A stretch of DNA of 40,339 nucleotides from a virus (lineage: Duplodnaviria > Caudoviricetes): positions 1 to 40,339 of IMG/VR virus record IMGVR_UViG_3300025160_000012. The stretch is one strand, 5' to 3'. The stretch's first letter is position 1; each line of letters begins with the position of its first letter. The position numbers and the translations under genes were made by a program. The notes under the pieces are model-generated. The model did no database searches. It was not told the DNA's origin and saw only the letters and a program-made list of their open reading frames with translations. Below, one piece after another: positions 1-12,300 of the stretch.

Positions 1-88
1 TGGAGCTTCGCTGGCCGCTCGCCTCCGGCCAGCGCGCGCCGTGCGAGTCGCGGCCGAGCTCCTCGGCGAGCTGCTCGTGGGTGAGCAT
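1..88 (-). CDS. partial hypothetical protein (runs off the left edge; MLTHEQLAEELG..., HTH-like start)
   Basis: ATG at 88 preceded by GGAGGAGG on the minus strand; frame is open to the window edge. Confidence 0.4.
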   Translation of the reverse strand, partial: MLTHEQLAEELGRDSHGARWPEASGQRSS

Positions 89-186
89 GGCGGTGATGCG
101 CCTCCTCCCGAAGCGGCGACGTTGGCGCCTCCCGCGCAGACCTCGTCTTCCGCTCCATTAGAACCGAACAGGAGGAGGAAGGTTTC

Positions 187-462
187 ATGGAAGACTACGT
201 TGTCCTTCAGGTCACAAGCCCGAAGCCCTGGGAAGATGACGAGCTCGACATGATGGCTGAGCGGATGGCCAAACAGCTTCAGGATGAGGACGGCGGTGGG
301 TGGGAGCCCGTTTCCCACGACCTTTCGGTCTTCGACAACAACCTGGTCCTGAGCGTGATCGCTCGCCGGCCGGCGATCCTTCGTCGTGGTGCTTCCGCGA
401 GTGCGCCGACCAGACTCATCACGCTGGACCGAAGGCGAATGCAAGACCCGTTGCTGAGGTGA
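187..462 (+). CDS. small hypothetical protein, DUF4177-like (GWEPVS...VIARRP)
   Basis: 91-aa ORF with strong SD GGAGGAGG upstream of ATG; GWE-x-V motif. Confidence 0.65.
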   Translation: MEDYVVLQVTSPKPWEDDELDMMAERMAKQLQDEDGGGWEPVSHDLSVFDNNLVLSVIARRPAILRRGASASAPTRLITLDRRRMQDPLLR

Positions 463-502
463 GCAGCGCTCGTGTGTCGGCCTCCGTGCCATATCGAAGC
501 TC

Positions 503-532
503 ATGATATGTCGGAATCCCGACTAATGTCAA
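503..532 (-). promoter_or_regulatory. leftward sigma70-type promoter TTGACA-N18-TATCAT, with palindrome GTCGG-AATC-CCGAC (510-523) in the spacer as candidate operator
   Basis: tgtcaa at 527-532 and atgata at 503-508 on the plus strand; perfect 5-4-5 inverted repeat. Confidence 0.6.
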
Positions 533-561
533 GACCCAAGCCAGGAAATTTGTCGGAAAAC

Positions 562-590
562 TTGACGCCGAAGCGTGGGCGGCCTATGCT
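562..590 (+). promoter_or_regulatory. rightward promoter TTGACG-N17-TATGCT for the repressor (probably leaderless mRNA)
   Basis: -35 at 562-567, -10 at 585-590, ATG at 598, no SD; operator-like GTCGG-AAAAC-TTGAC at 552-566 overlaps the -35. Confidence 0.65.
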
Positions 591-597
591 TGACCCA

Positions 598-876
598 ATG
601 ACACCGCTCGGCGTGTTCGTTCGTGCCCGACGGGAGCAGCTCGGTTTGAATCAGGCCCAGGCGGCCGAGGCGTGGGGCCTGAGCTCCCGGAGCCTCCTTT
701 CCGAAATCGAAGTCGGTGAGATCAAGAACCCCCGTGCCGACACGCTGATAAAAATAGCCAGCGGGCTCGGCGTAACGCTTGATGAACTGCTTGGCCAGAC
801 GAATGCGAAGGAGAACGGCCAACGACCAGCGCCTGGTGGAAAGCGGCGCGGGACGGCTATCGCTTCTACCTCCTAG
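598..876 (+). CDS. XRE/Cro-CI family HTH immunity repressor
   Basis: VRARREQLGLNQAQAAEAWGLSSRSLLSEIEVGEIKNPRADTLIKIASGLGVTLDELL is a typical HTH_3 domain; start chosen from the promoter position (586 is an alternative). Confidence 0.9.
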   Translation: MTPLGVFVRARREQLGLNQAQAAEAWGLSSRSLLSEIEVGEIKNPRADTLIKIASGLGVTLDELLGQTNAKENGQRPAPGGKRRGTAIASTS

Positions 877-1679
877 GCCAGCAGGGACGCTCCGAGCAGA
901 CCACCGCCACCTACCTGGGCCACCTCGATAGGTTCTCCCGCGCCGTCCACGTCCCGGCGCTCTCCGACGTTGACGAACTGCTCGTCGCCCGCCACATCGC
1001 GGAGCTGCGCGCGCGCTTCGGCATCGCCTCCTCGACCGTCAACACCAGGATCTCCGCGCTCCGATCCTTCTTCCGCTGGGCGCGCTCACGGCGGCCGCCG
1101 CTCGTCGACGAGGACCCGACGGTCGGACTCAAAATGCGCAAGGAAGCGCCACCGCCGCGGGCGCCGCTGGCGACGACCGAGCTGCGCGCGCTGCTGCGCG
1201 CTGTCGAGACGCCCCTCGAGCGGGCGATCTTCATGGTCATGCTCGACACCGGCGTACGGCGCTCCGAGATGCTGGCCATCCGTTCGGGAGACGTCGACTG
1301 GCAAGCCGGAATCATCCTGATCCGGGAGGGCAAGGGGGCGAAGTCGCGTCTCGTCGCACCCGGCCGGCGCGCGATGGAGGCCTTGGCGGATTTGCAGCTG
1401 CGCAATGGCAACGGTCATCTCTGGCGGATGGGAAAGACGAGCCTAAAGCGGCTGCTCGATGGCCTCGCCGATCGTGCTGGCCTGCCGGCCGGCACCGTCT
1501 ACCCACGCCGCATCCGCGTAACACGAGTCTGCGATCTCATCGAAGAGGGCGCCGATCAGATCGGCGTCGCCTCCGTCGACGGTCACAGCCTGGAGATGGT
1601 CCGCTACTACCAGCGCGCCATCGAACAGCGCCGCGCGGTCGAGCAGCAGCGTCGCCTTTCGCTCGCCGATCGGCTATGA
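822..1679 (+). CDS. int: tyrosine recombinase/integrase (XerC/D-like); start uncertain
   Basis: Catalytic domain GVRRSE...GKGAKSR...GHS...YY in 1134-1679; the same frame is open back to 786 and encodes a core-binding domain (GRSEQTTATYL...SSTVNTRISALRSFFRW); no in-frame ATG/GTG/TTG before 1134; AAGGAG plus ACG at 822. Confidence 0.88.
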   Translation, partial: TTSAWWKAARDGYRFYLLGQQGRSEQTTATYLGHLDRFSRAVHVPALSDVDELLVARHIAELRARFGIASSTVNTRISALRSFFRWARSRRPPLVDEDPTVGLKMRKEAPPPRAPLATTELRALLRAVETPLERAIFMVMLDTGVRRSEMLAIRSGDVDWQAGIILIREGKGAKSRLVAPGRRAMEALADLQLRNGNGHLWRMGKTSLKRLLDGLADRAGLPAGTVYPRRIRVTRVCDLIEEGADQIGVASVDGHSLEMVRYYQRAIEQRRAVEQQRRLSLADRL

Positions 1680-1706
1680 TCCCGTTACCCCGAAGGAGGT
1701 GCCACC

Positions 1707-1925
1707 GTGGACGTAAAGGTCAAGGAGTATCGCAGTCAGGGCGCATTCCAAGGCGATGCGCAGCGGATGGCGCGCGACGGGTGGACCGTGCAGAGCGTCA
1801 CGGACCGGCCGCAGCGGGCCGGCTGCCTGCGCATCCTGCTCACCGGCGGCATTGCGCTCGTGTGGAAGCCGCCGTCACGCGTGATGGTCACCTATCAGCG
1901 GGAGGAGCGGGACAGGGAACTCTAG
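1707..1925 (+). CDS. small hypothetical protein with a hydrophobic segment (DGWTVQSV motif)
   Basis: GGAGGT SD plus GTG; 72 aa; stop overlaps the convergent endolysin stop. Confidence 0.75.
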   Translation: MDVKVKEYRSQGAFQGDAQRMARDGWTVQSVTDRPQRAGCLRILLTGGIALVWKPPSRVMVTYQREERDREL

Positions 1926-2713
1926 CCCGCCTGCACCTCCGGCAGCTCCAGCAGGAACTTCGCCGCGATCGGAACAGGCGTTGCAGGGACACCCATGACG
2001 CGCGCCCATTCGGCGCGCTCCGCTGGCGAATCGCTGTGCCGGCGGACGAAGCCGTTGGTGAACCAGTAGCCTGTCCCGTTCTGTGGGTCGACGATGATAA
2101 AACCGAGGGCCATGTCTGCTCCTCCTAACGCCGGCGCGGGCGGGGCCATGTAGCCCAGCACCTTGCGCTCGAAATGACGGTCGTCGAACAACCGCCCAGG
2201 GTCACTCTTCCCGTAGTAGCCGCCATTCGCGCTCCGGTCGTGGCGCACGTAGCCCGGCGCCTCGTGGTTGTCGGCGGACAGGAAGGGCAACACGACGACC
2301 GGAATGCCGTACTGGGCCGACTTCTCCGCGCAGAACCGCGCTGCCAGGTCAAGGTCTCGCGGATCGTAGGGCGTGTCGTTGGTCGCCTGCCCGATCTCGA
2401 TGCTGATCGCGTACGGGTCGGCGTGGCCGAGCGAGAACGAAGGCCAGTAGTGGTCCGGCATGACCGAGCAGATACGCCCGCCGCCGATGATGACCGACGA
2501 CATGGACGCCCACGGTCGCGTTGTCGCCTCGTTGATGTTGTTCGGGGATTTGAACCAGTTGATCGTCGCGTAGTATTCCTCAGTCGCCGTGCGGCCGGCG
2601 ATGCCGGAGCGCGTGGCGTGTAGCTCGATGAGCGTGATCGGTCCGCCGTACCGAGGACGCGCTTTCCAGGGATGGAGCTGTACCGAAGGCCAGATGTCGT
2701 CGTCGAACTTCAC
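1922..2713 (-). CDS. endolysin, N-acetylmuramoyl-L-alanine amidase (Amidase_2) with C-terminal domain
   Basis: IELHAT...ISIEIG...VRHD...KSDPG zinc-amidase motifs; GTG at 2713 with GAGGAGGTG SD; PPAPA linker. Confidence 0.88.
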   Translation of the reverse strand: MKFDDDIWPSVQLHPWKARPRYGGPITLIELHATRSGIAGRTATEEYYATINWFKSPNNINEATTRPWASMSSVIIGGGRICSVMPDHYWPSFSLGHADPYAISIEIGQATNDTPYDPRDLDLAARFCAEKSAQYGIPVVVLPFLSADNHEAPGYVRHDRSANGGYYGKSDPGRLFDDRHFERKVLGYMAPPAPALGGADMALGFIIVDPQNGTGYWFTNGFVRRHSDSPAERAEWARVMGVPATPVPIAAKFLLELPEVQAG

Positions 2714-2883
2714 AGCGCCTTCACCTCCTCGCTCAACATGCAGCCGTCCTCGATCCAGGCGGCGCGGCGCTCCAGGATGCGGGTCGCCAGGTCGTCCGCC
2801 TCGTTGTAGGCCCAGCGGGCCGCCTCCAGCGCCACGAGCAGCGCCTTCCTGGCGCGCGCGACGCGCACGATGTCCCGCATCAC
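2710..2883 (-). CDS. small hypothetical protein (MRDIVRVARARKALLVALEAARWAYNEADDLATRILERRAAWIEDGCMLSEEVKAL)
   Basis: Not in the ORF track; GGAGG SD plus GTG/ATG at 2883/2880; TGA overlaps the endolysin GTG. Confidence 0.65.
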   Translation of the reverse strand: MMRDIVRVARARKALLVALEAARWAYNEADDLATRILERRAAWIEDGCMLSEEVKAL

Positions 2884-2944
2884 GGCGCGGCCTCCAGCGG
2901 TACGCCGACCCCGAGTGCGCCCCGAATCCGAACATCTGTTGCTC

Positions 2945-2973
2945 TTGACAACAACTGTATCCTGTGATACAAT
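2945..2973 (+). promoter_or_regulatory. strong promoter TTGACA-N17-(TG)n-TACAAT with overlapping palindrome TGTATC-CTGT-GATACA
   Basis: -35 at 2945-2950, extended -10 at 2965-2973, palindrome at 2956-2971. Confidence 0.8.
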
Positions 2974-2993
2974 AGGTACACGGAGGGCAGGCG

Positions 2994-3320
2994 ATGAGGA
3001 CGTACCGGATTACGAGAGGCGCCAGGAGCGACAGGGGCGGGGCGACAGTGTGGTTTGGCCGCAACGAGTGCCTGACGGCCAATTACGCGGCAGACGGCAC
3101 GCATCAGTACGGCGACCTTCCCGGGCTGAGTGATCTGCCGCTGGTCGCGGCGGCCGTCAGTCGGGTCATTGCGACCGGAGAGACCGAGATCATAACGACC
3201 GGAGAGCCAGCGCCCGTCGTGGCAGCGCCCCGGCCGATTGTGGGGGGCTGCACGCTGTGGACGGCTCAGCAGGGTTGCCCGCTCCACGGCGAGACCTGCC
3301 ATCAGGAGGAGCCGTGGTAA
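2994..3320 (+). CDS. hypothetical protein with C-terminal Cys/His cluster (C-x8-C-x2-H-x3-C)
   Basis: GGAGG SD, ATG 20 nt downstream of the -10; 108 aa. Confidence 0.7.
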   Translation: MRTYRITRGARSDRGGATVWFGRNECLTANYAADGTHQYGDLPGLSDLPLVAAAVSRVIATGETEIITTGEPAPVVAAPRPIVGGCTLWTAQQGCPLHGETCHQEEPW

Positions 3321-3562
3321 TGCGCATCGTCCTCCACGACGCAGACCCACTTGCTGCCCAGCGTGCGTGCGTGACCCGCCCGCGTTTGGGTCTAGTCGCT
3401 CGCTGTGTCGGGTGCGGCACGCGCGTCGTCTCGGGGCGGCATCACGTCCATCTATTGTACGGTGTGGATCAGTATGTCGGTTGCTGCTCGGAGGGATGCG
3501 CGATCCGAGCGGCGGTGCGGGAGGGACTGTGCTGCAATGATGACGACGCTGAACATCCGTAA
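3320..3562 (+). CDS. small zinc-finger-like protein (CxxC...CCSxxC, TRASH/MYM-like)
   Basis: AGGAGGAG SD, TAATG coupling with the upstream gene. Confidence 0.65.
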   Translation: MRIVLHDADPLAAQRACVTRPRLGLVARCVGCGTRVVSGRHHVHLLYGVDQYVGCCSEGCAIRAAVREGLCCNDDDAEHP

Positions 3563-3812
3563 CGTGCCGGAGTCCCTCGCACGCGCCATCAGGGCCGATG
3601 GCGCGGCTCGTGGCCTCACGCTCCCACAGTGGCTCGCCGCTGTGTACGATCTCTACCGCGATCTGCGAGCGCGTGAGGGCACCGGGACGATCCTCATCGA
3701 CGCCGATGCGCTCCGGCCGCTGCTCGCCAACAAACGTGGTAGCTCCGGGCGTGTACTGTCTGGCGTCAATTACACCAGCCTCGATGAGCTGCTGGAGCGC
3801 GTCGCGCGCTAG
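3537..3812 (+). CDS. ribbon-helix-helix (Arc/FitA-like) DNA-binding protein
   Basis: MTTLNIRNVPESLARAIRADGAARGLTL matches the FitA/Arc RHH pattern. Confidence 0.75.
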   Translation: MMTTLNIRNVPESLARAIRADGAARGLTLPQWLAAVYDLYRDLRAREGTGTILIDADALRPLLANKRGSSGRVLSGVNYTSLDELLERVAR

Positions 3813-3888
3813 CACGGCAGCTCGTCCGGCCACCAGGGCGCCCACAGCGCCCACAGGGGCGGGCAGAGGGCCCACAGCCAGGCCAGGG

Positions 3889-4104
3889 CTACGCCGCGGC
3901 CGGCGCATTCCACCGCTGGAGCGCCTTCTCGGCGGCCAGGATGGCGGCCGTCAGCGGCGGGACGAGGTAGACCGCCGCCCAGGCCGGCAGGTCCGCGGAC
4001 ACTTCGGGGATGTTCGCGCCGGCGTAGGCGAGCGCGGACGCCGCGACGGTCGCCGCCAGCCCCTTGGCGAACCGCAGCAGCGTGCTCTTGGTGCGTTGGC
4101 TCAT
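3889..4104 (-). CDS. holin (2 predicted TM segments)
   Basis: 71 aa with two hydrophobic helices and a basic N-terminus; GAGGA SD; ATGA overlap; lies in the lysis cassette. Confidence 0.75.
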   Translation of the reverse strand: MSQRTKSTLLRFAKGLAATVAASALAYAGANIPEVSADLPAWAAVYLVPPLTAAILAAEKALQRWNAPAAA

Positions 4105-4451
4105 CTCCCGTTCCTCCTTAGCTCCTTCAGCTCCTTCAGCATGTCCTGCAGCAGCGTGTTCGTCGCGCCGAAGCCGGCGCGCATCTCGTTTGACAGCGCG
4201 TCGAGCTTCACGCCGAAGCTCTCCATCTTGCTCGCGTGAACGCTGAGCACCTCCCTCGTCTTGCGGTGCTCGTGGAGCCAGAACGAGGCGGCCATGTCGC
4301 CGCTCTTGACGTCTTCCGGGTTGAGCGCGATGCGGGCGCCGCTGGTGCCGTTCCGCTTCGCCGTGGTGAGGCGGAAGATGCCGCCGATGAGGCCGGCGGT
4401 CGCGATCCCAATGAGACTGATAATCCCACTCACGACAATCGCCTCGTGCAC
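4101..4451 (-). CDS. lysis-cassette membrane protein (N-terminal TM plus C-terminal coiled coil)
   Basis: IVVSGIISLIGIATAGLIGGIF hydrophobic segment, heptad-rich C-terminus, upstream of the holin. Confidence 0.7.
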   Translation of the reverse strand: MHEAIVVSGIISLIGIATAGLIGGIFRLTTAKRNGTSGARIALNPEDVKSGDMAASFWLHEHRKTREVLSVHASKMESFGVKLDALSNEMRAGFGATNTLLQDMLKELKELRRNGR

Positions 4452-5599
4452 TAGGGCCGCCCCTTACCGCAGCCACAGACCGAGCGCCGGTTCATTGGCG
4501 CAGCACCCGCGCGAGTTGTCTCGTAGTGCCTCATGTTCTCTTGGAGCCGGGGATCGTCCGGCCGCACGGCCAGCGCCTTCGCCCCATAGCAGCGCGCCTC
4601 CTCGTTCTGGCCGATCTTGCTCAGGCAGACGGCGAGCATGTCGTAGCGCCGCCAGGCGTAGATCGATTCGTCTACGAAGTAGCCTTCGGGTGGCGAGAAC
4701 GGCAGGCAAGCGGCGAACCAAGCCACCCCCTCCGCCCACTGCCCGAGCTCGTAGTGGAGGCACCCGAGAGCGTAGTACGGCTCGGCCCACGCTCCCCATT
4801 CCTGGACGGCCCGCAGGAAGGCAGCACGGGCCTCTGCGGGCGTCCCCAGCGCCTTGAGCGCGTTCCCCTTCAGCATGGCGGCGTCGCTGCGCTGCACCGG
4901 CCACTCCACGGGCAGCGTGAGAAGCTGGTCTACGAGCGCGATCACCTCATGGTGGTGGCCGGCGTAGGAGTGCTCGCGGGCGAGGTAGAAGTAGTGGCGC
5001 TCCGTTGGTGTGGCCTGGAGGTTGGCGCGGAGCGGCGCGAAGGGATCGCCGTAGGTGCGGTCTCCGCCCTTGCGCGGTTGCTGCTCCACGAGGATGCCCT
5101 TCTCGACGCGCCCGCGCGGACCTTCCGTCCATTCGTGGATCGCCCCCTTCCAGACATGAGAGCCACGCTGGTGCAGCAAGTCCTGGCGGGCGTAGGTCTG
5201 CGCCGGCGCCCCAAACTCATCGCGCGTCCAGACCATCATCGGGCGGACGGCGATCTCCTCGTCCTTCTCTGCGATGGCGCGGATGATCTCATGCCCGGCC
5301 ACCAGGACCTCGTCGGCGTCCTGCCAGTAGACGTACTCTCCGCGGCATACGGACTCGGCGTAGTTCCGTGCCGCCGAGAAGTCATCCGCCCACTCGAAGC
5401 GCTCCACGCGGGCGCCGTAGGACTCGGCGATCTCTACCGTGCGGTCGGTTGATCCGGTATCGACCACGACCAGCTCGTCCCAGAGGTGGCGCTTGCCTGC
5501 TGGCCAATCGTCGTAGACGGGCTCGTAAGAGAGTGAGTCGAGGCAGCGGGGCAGCAACTCCTCTTCGTCGCGGGCGATGATGACGCAGGTCAGCTTCAT
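4451..5599 (-). CDS. glycosyltransferase family 2 with TPR repeats (SunS/SgtA-like protein glycosyltransferase architecture)
   Basis: MKLTCVIIARDEEELLPRCL, VVVDTGSTDRT, DDFSAARN, DADE (DxD), IHE, then TPR-like helices. Confidence 0.92.
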   Translation of the reverse strand: MKLTCVIIARDEEELLPRCLDSLSYEPVYDDWPAGKRHLWDELVVVDTGSTDRTVEIAESYGARVERFEWADDFSAARNYAESVCRGEYVYWQDADEVLVAGHEIIRAIAEKDEEIAVRPMMVWTRDEFGAPAQTYARQDLLHQRGSHVWKGAIHEWTEGPRGRVEKGILVEQQPRKGGDRTYGDPFAPLRANLQATPTERHYFYLAREHSYAGHHHEVIALVDQLLTLPVEWPVQRSDAAMLKGNALKALGTPAEARAAFLRAVQEWGAWAEPYYALGCLHYELGQWAEGVAWFAACLPFSPPEGYFVDESIYAWRRYDMLAVCLSKIGQNEEARCYGAKALAVRPDDPRLQENMRHYETTRAGAAPMNRRSVCGCGKGRP

Positions 5600-5803
5600 A
5601 CAATCCCCTCCTTCGTCTTGATCGCGGGGATGACCGTATTCTCGATAAAGGTTCGAAGCTGCGTTACCTGGGCAGGCGTGAGTGTAATCTCCACGAAGTC
5701 TGTGAGCGCAGGAGCGCCGTCTGCCCCGAGCGTATAGCGCACGATCATGGTAAACGGCTCATCAGCTTGCTTCTGGAGCCGCACCTCCAACCCGAGCAGC
5801 GTG

Positions 5804-5826
<23 letters not shown>
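5596..5826 (-). CDS. small hypothetical protein (possible fibre assembly factor)
   Basis: GGAGGAAGAGG SD plus ATG at 5826; ATGA overlap with the GT2 gene. Confidence 0.7.
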
Positions 5827-9342
<3,516 letters not shown>

Positions 9343-9352
9343 GTCGGCAGGC

Positions 9353-12300
9353 TCATGTCGGGATCACCGCGAGATTGTCGTTGACCGTTGTGCTGTGCGG
9401 GTAGTTCAGCGTCAGGTCGATCCAGGCAGCGCCGGTGGGACCGACCGGCGACAGCTTGTAGATCTTGTCCTGCGATGTGATCGCCAGATAGAGAGCATCT
9501 GCTACCAGGGAGAAGGCGAACGCTGCCGGGATCGCGCCATCAGCGATGAGGCTTTCCAGCTCAACGTCGAGGGCAGTGTCCACGAAGGTCTGGCCGGAGT
9601 CCACGGAGAGGTAGAGATTGTAGGTGTCTGGCGTTGGCGTCGAATCTTTGAAGATGTAGGCGACCACACTGCCCTTCGCGTAGATGCCGAGCACACGGTG
9701 CAGCGTTGCCTGATGGGACGTAACCGTTGCCCAGTTGACGCCGTTATCATCGCTTCGGAGCGTGTACCAGATAACAGGCGCCACGACCGTAAAGGGTCCC
9801 TGCGCGACAAGGCGGTTGTTCGCCAGCATCACGCAGTCGTAGTATTGCTGGACGCCGGATTGGCCCTTCCTGATCGCTGAGTTCGTGTTCGTAGTCCAGT
9901 TGGCGCCGCGATCGGTCGTAATCGCGATCCATCCGGTCGTTGGAGCATCTCCAGTAAAACCTATGATCGCGATGCGGTTTTGGTTGGTCGGATGGGGCGC
10001 AATTCGCCAGCCTCTTCTTTGTTGCGTTGTGCCGTTTCCGTAAGTGAACGAGGGTCCGTTCCAGGTGTCGCCATCGTTGTCTGAGTAGTAAACCGCCGTT
10101 CGCGTGAACGTATCCGCCGTGTCGTGTACGATGCACCAGAGGCGACCGCCAGCATCGCGGGCAACATCCATAATACCGCCACTGCCCACGCCCGGATCGG
10201 GTGTGGCCGCCCATGTCGCTCCAGCGTCCTTCGTTCTCCGCCCAACACCCCATCCCCAAGCGTTATCTCCGTCGTCACCGTTGATGACGAACCAGAGATT
10301 GCTGTTGATGCAAATCGGGCGTGGGCCGGAGCCAGTAACGCCGGTGAGAACAACTGGTGTCGCCCAGCCCCCGCCCTGGAGTAGACTGTATTCCCGTGGG
10401 CTAACATCGATGCCGGTAGCGAGCAGCCGATCATCGCCGCTCGGCGCGCGGTCCGCAATAGCTACCTGCCGCCCCTTCGCGCTGGCGGGCCAGGCGGGGA
10501 ATCCGGTCGCCGGGCGGAGAGCGCCGACCGTGACGAGTGCGTCCGAACTCTTGTAGATGCCGACGGTCGTCCCTGCGATCTCGGCCGCGATCAGGTATAC
10601 CCCGGCCGTCGGGTAGTTGAAGATGTGGTCGTTCATCCAGATGGCGTGGTTCGGCGTGACGCCGGCCGGCAGCACGTCAGTCCGCTTCGTCCAGGCGATG
10701 CCGTCCAGGGAGGCCCAGACGTGGCGGTCGTTGAAGGCGGCGTAGAAGGTGCCGGGCAGCGTGTTGGGGACGACGTAGCGGCCTGTGGTGTTGCCCGCCT
10801 CGAGGCCGGTCGCGCGCTTCCAGGTCGCCGGCTGCCAGGGCGACACGGCGTGGTAGATCGGCCGCACCCCAGACGTGCCGCCGTCCGCGTTCTCCATGAC
10901 GATCACCAGCCCGCCGCCGTCTCCCTTGTCGCTGGCGTCCACGATGCGCAGCGCGCTCGAGGCGGCCGGCAGGTCAGCCGCCAGCTCGCCGCCCGTCGTC
11001 AGACCCTGGAACGCGCCGCTCTCCGACTTGTAGGCGATGAGCGGGGTGCCGTTGCCCGTGCCACCCCAGATGAAGATGCCGCCCCCGCCGGGCAGGCCGA
11101 TGGAGCGCGCCGTGGCGCTCGCCAGCGATAGCTCCGTCCGCAGGTTGCTGATCAGCGCCCACGTCACACCGTCGTTGCTGCTCACGTACACGCGGGCATC
11201 GTCCGTCACCGCCCAGACGCGGTTCGGCTGCCGCCAATCCCAGTCGATCTTTACGATGGCGGATCCGACCGCGGCCAGCACCGTTGTGAGCGCGGTCGCA
11301 CAGAAGTCGGTCGTCCTTGCGATATGCCCGTCCTCGAAGCCGAAGACGGCGATGCCGCTGTTCACACCATCGGCTGGCTTGGCCGCGACGGAGCGGCAGG
11401 TGGAGCCCGCCCGGTCGTTCCAGTTCTGGCCCCCATCGGGCGTCGCGGAAGCGTTGTTGTCGAGCGCGGCGAAGATGGCGGGGACGCGGACGAGCGTTGC
11501 TATCTCATCGACATCGATCACCTGCGTGACCGCCCCGGTCAGCCCGTCGTTGTCGGTGACGGTCAGCGTCACTGACCAATCGCCGGTGATGGAGGCCGGG
11601 TCGATCCGGACCGTGACGACGGCGGTGGTGAGGGTGTGAATCTCGGGCGTCGTCACCTCGTCGTCCGACCAGGCGAAGCTGGCGATGGCGCCGTCCGGGT
11701 CGTAGCTGGACGCCTTCGCGTCGAAGGTGACGAAGGCATAGACGCGGTCGCCGAACACCTCGCGCTCGATGCGATAGCTGAAGGCGGCGATGGGGTTGAG
11801 GCTGAGGGTGCCGCCGAAGCGAGGTCCGCCCAGCAGCGTCACCCGCGTCACGTAACCGGCGTCGCCGATCTCCTGCTCGATGCCGTGGATGAGCCAGTTG
11901 CCCGTCAGCTTGAACTCCGGCAGCGATAGGTTGAGCGTCATGCCGAGCTCGAGGCGCGGGTCGCCGGCAATCTCCAGCGTCACCTGCTGAGGCACGCGCG
12001 CGTACGCGTTGATCAGCCGCAGCGCCACCTCCTCGGCCTTCGCGTCCGTGTCGATCAGGTGGTTCTGGAACTCGGCCTCGATCTGCGTGTCGGCGGGCAA
12101 CGGCGGCTGGATGAGCGAGCGGTCCGCTACGCTGGCCGAGGCGCTGATCGTGCGCGACGTCTCGTCGGGCGGCGTGCCTTCCGTGATGGTCGCGCCCGTC
12201 ACCGTTACCTGACTGCGGAACCAGGTCGGGTCTTCGCGCACCCCGCCCTCCAGCACGTAGGCGTGATCGTCCGTATCGGTCGTGAGCTTGCGGAACGCGG

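Noticed and set aside
507-534. dif-like site (TAATGTCAAGA resembles an XerD arm)
   Set aside because: The left arm does not fit, and the match is explained by the reverse-strand TTGACA promoter box.
3828-3888. Short CCCACAG repeats between the moron and the holin
   Set aside because: Only three short, irregular copies; cannot be told from low-complexity sequence.
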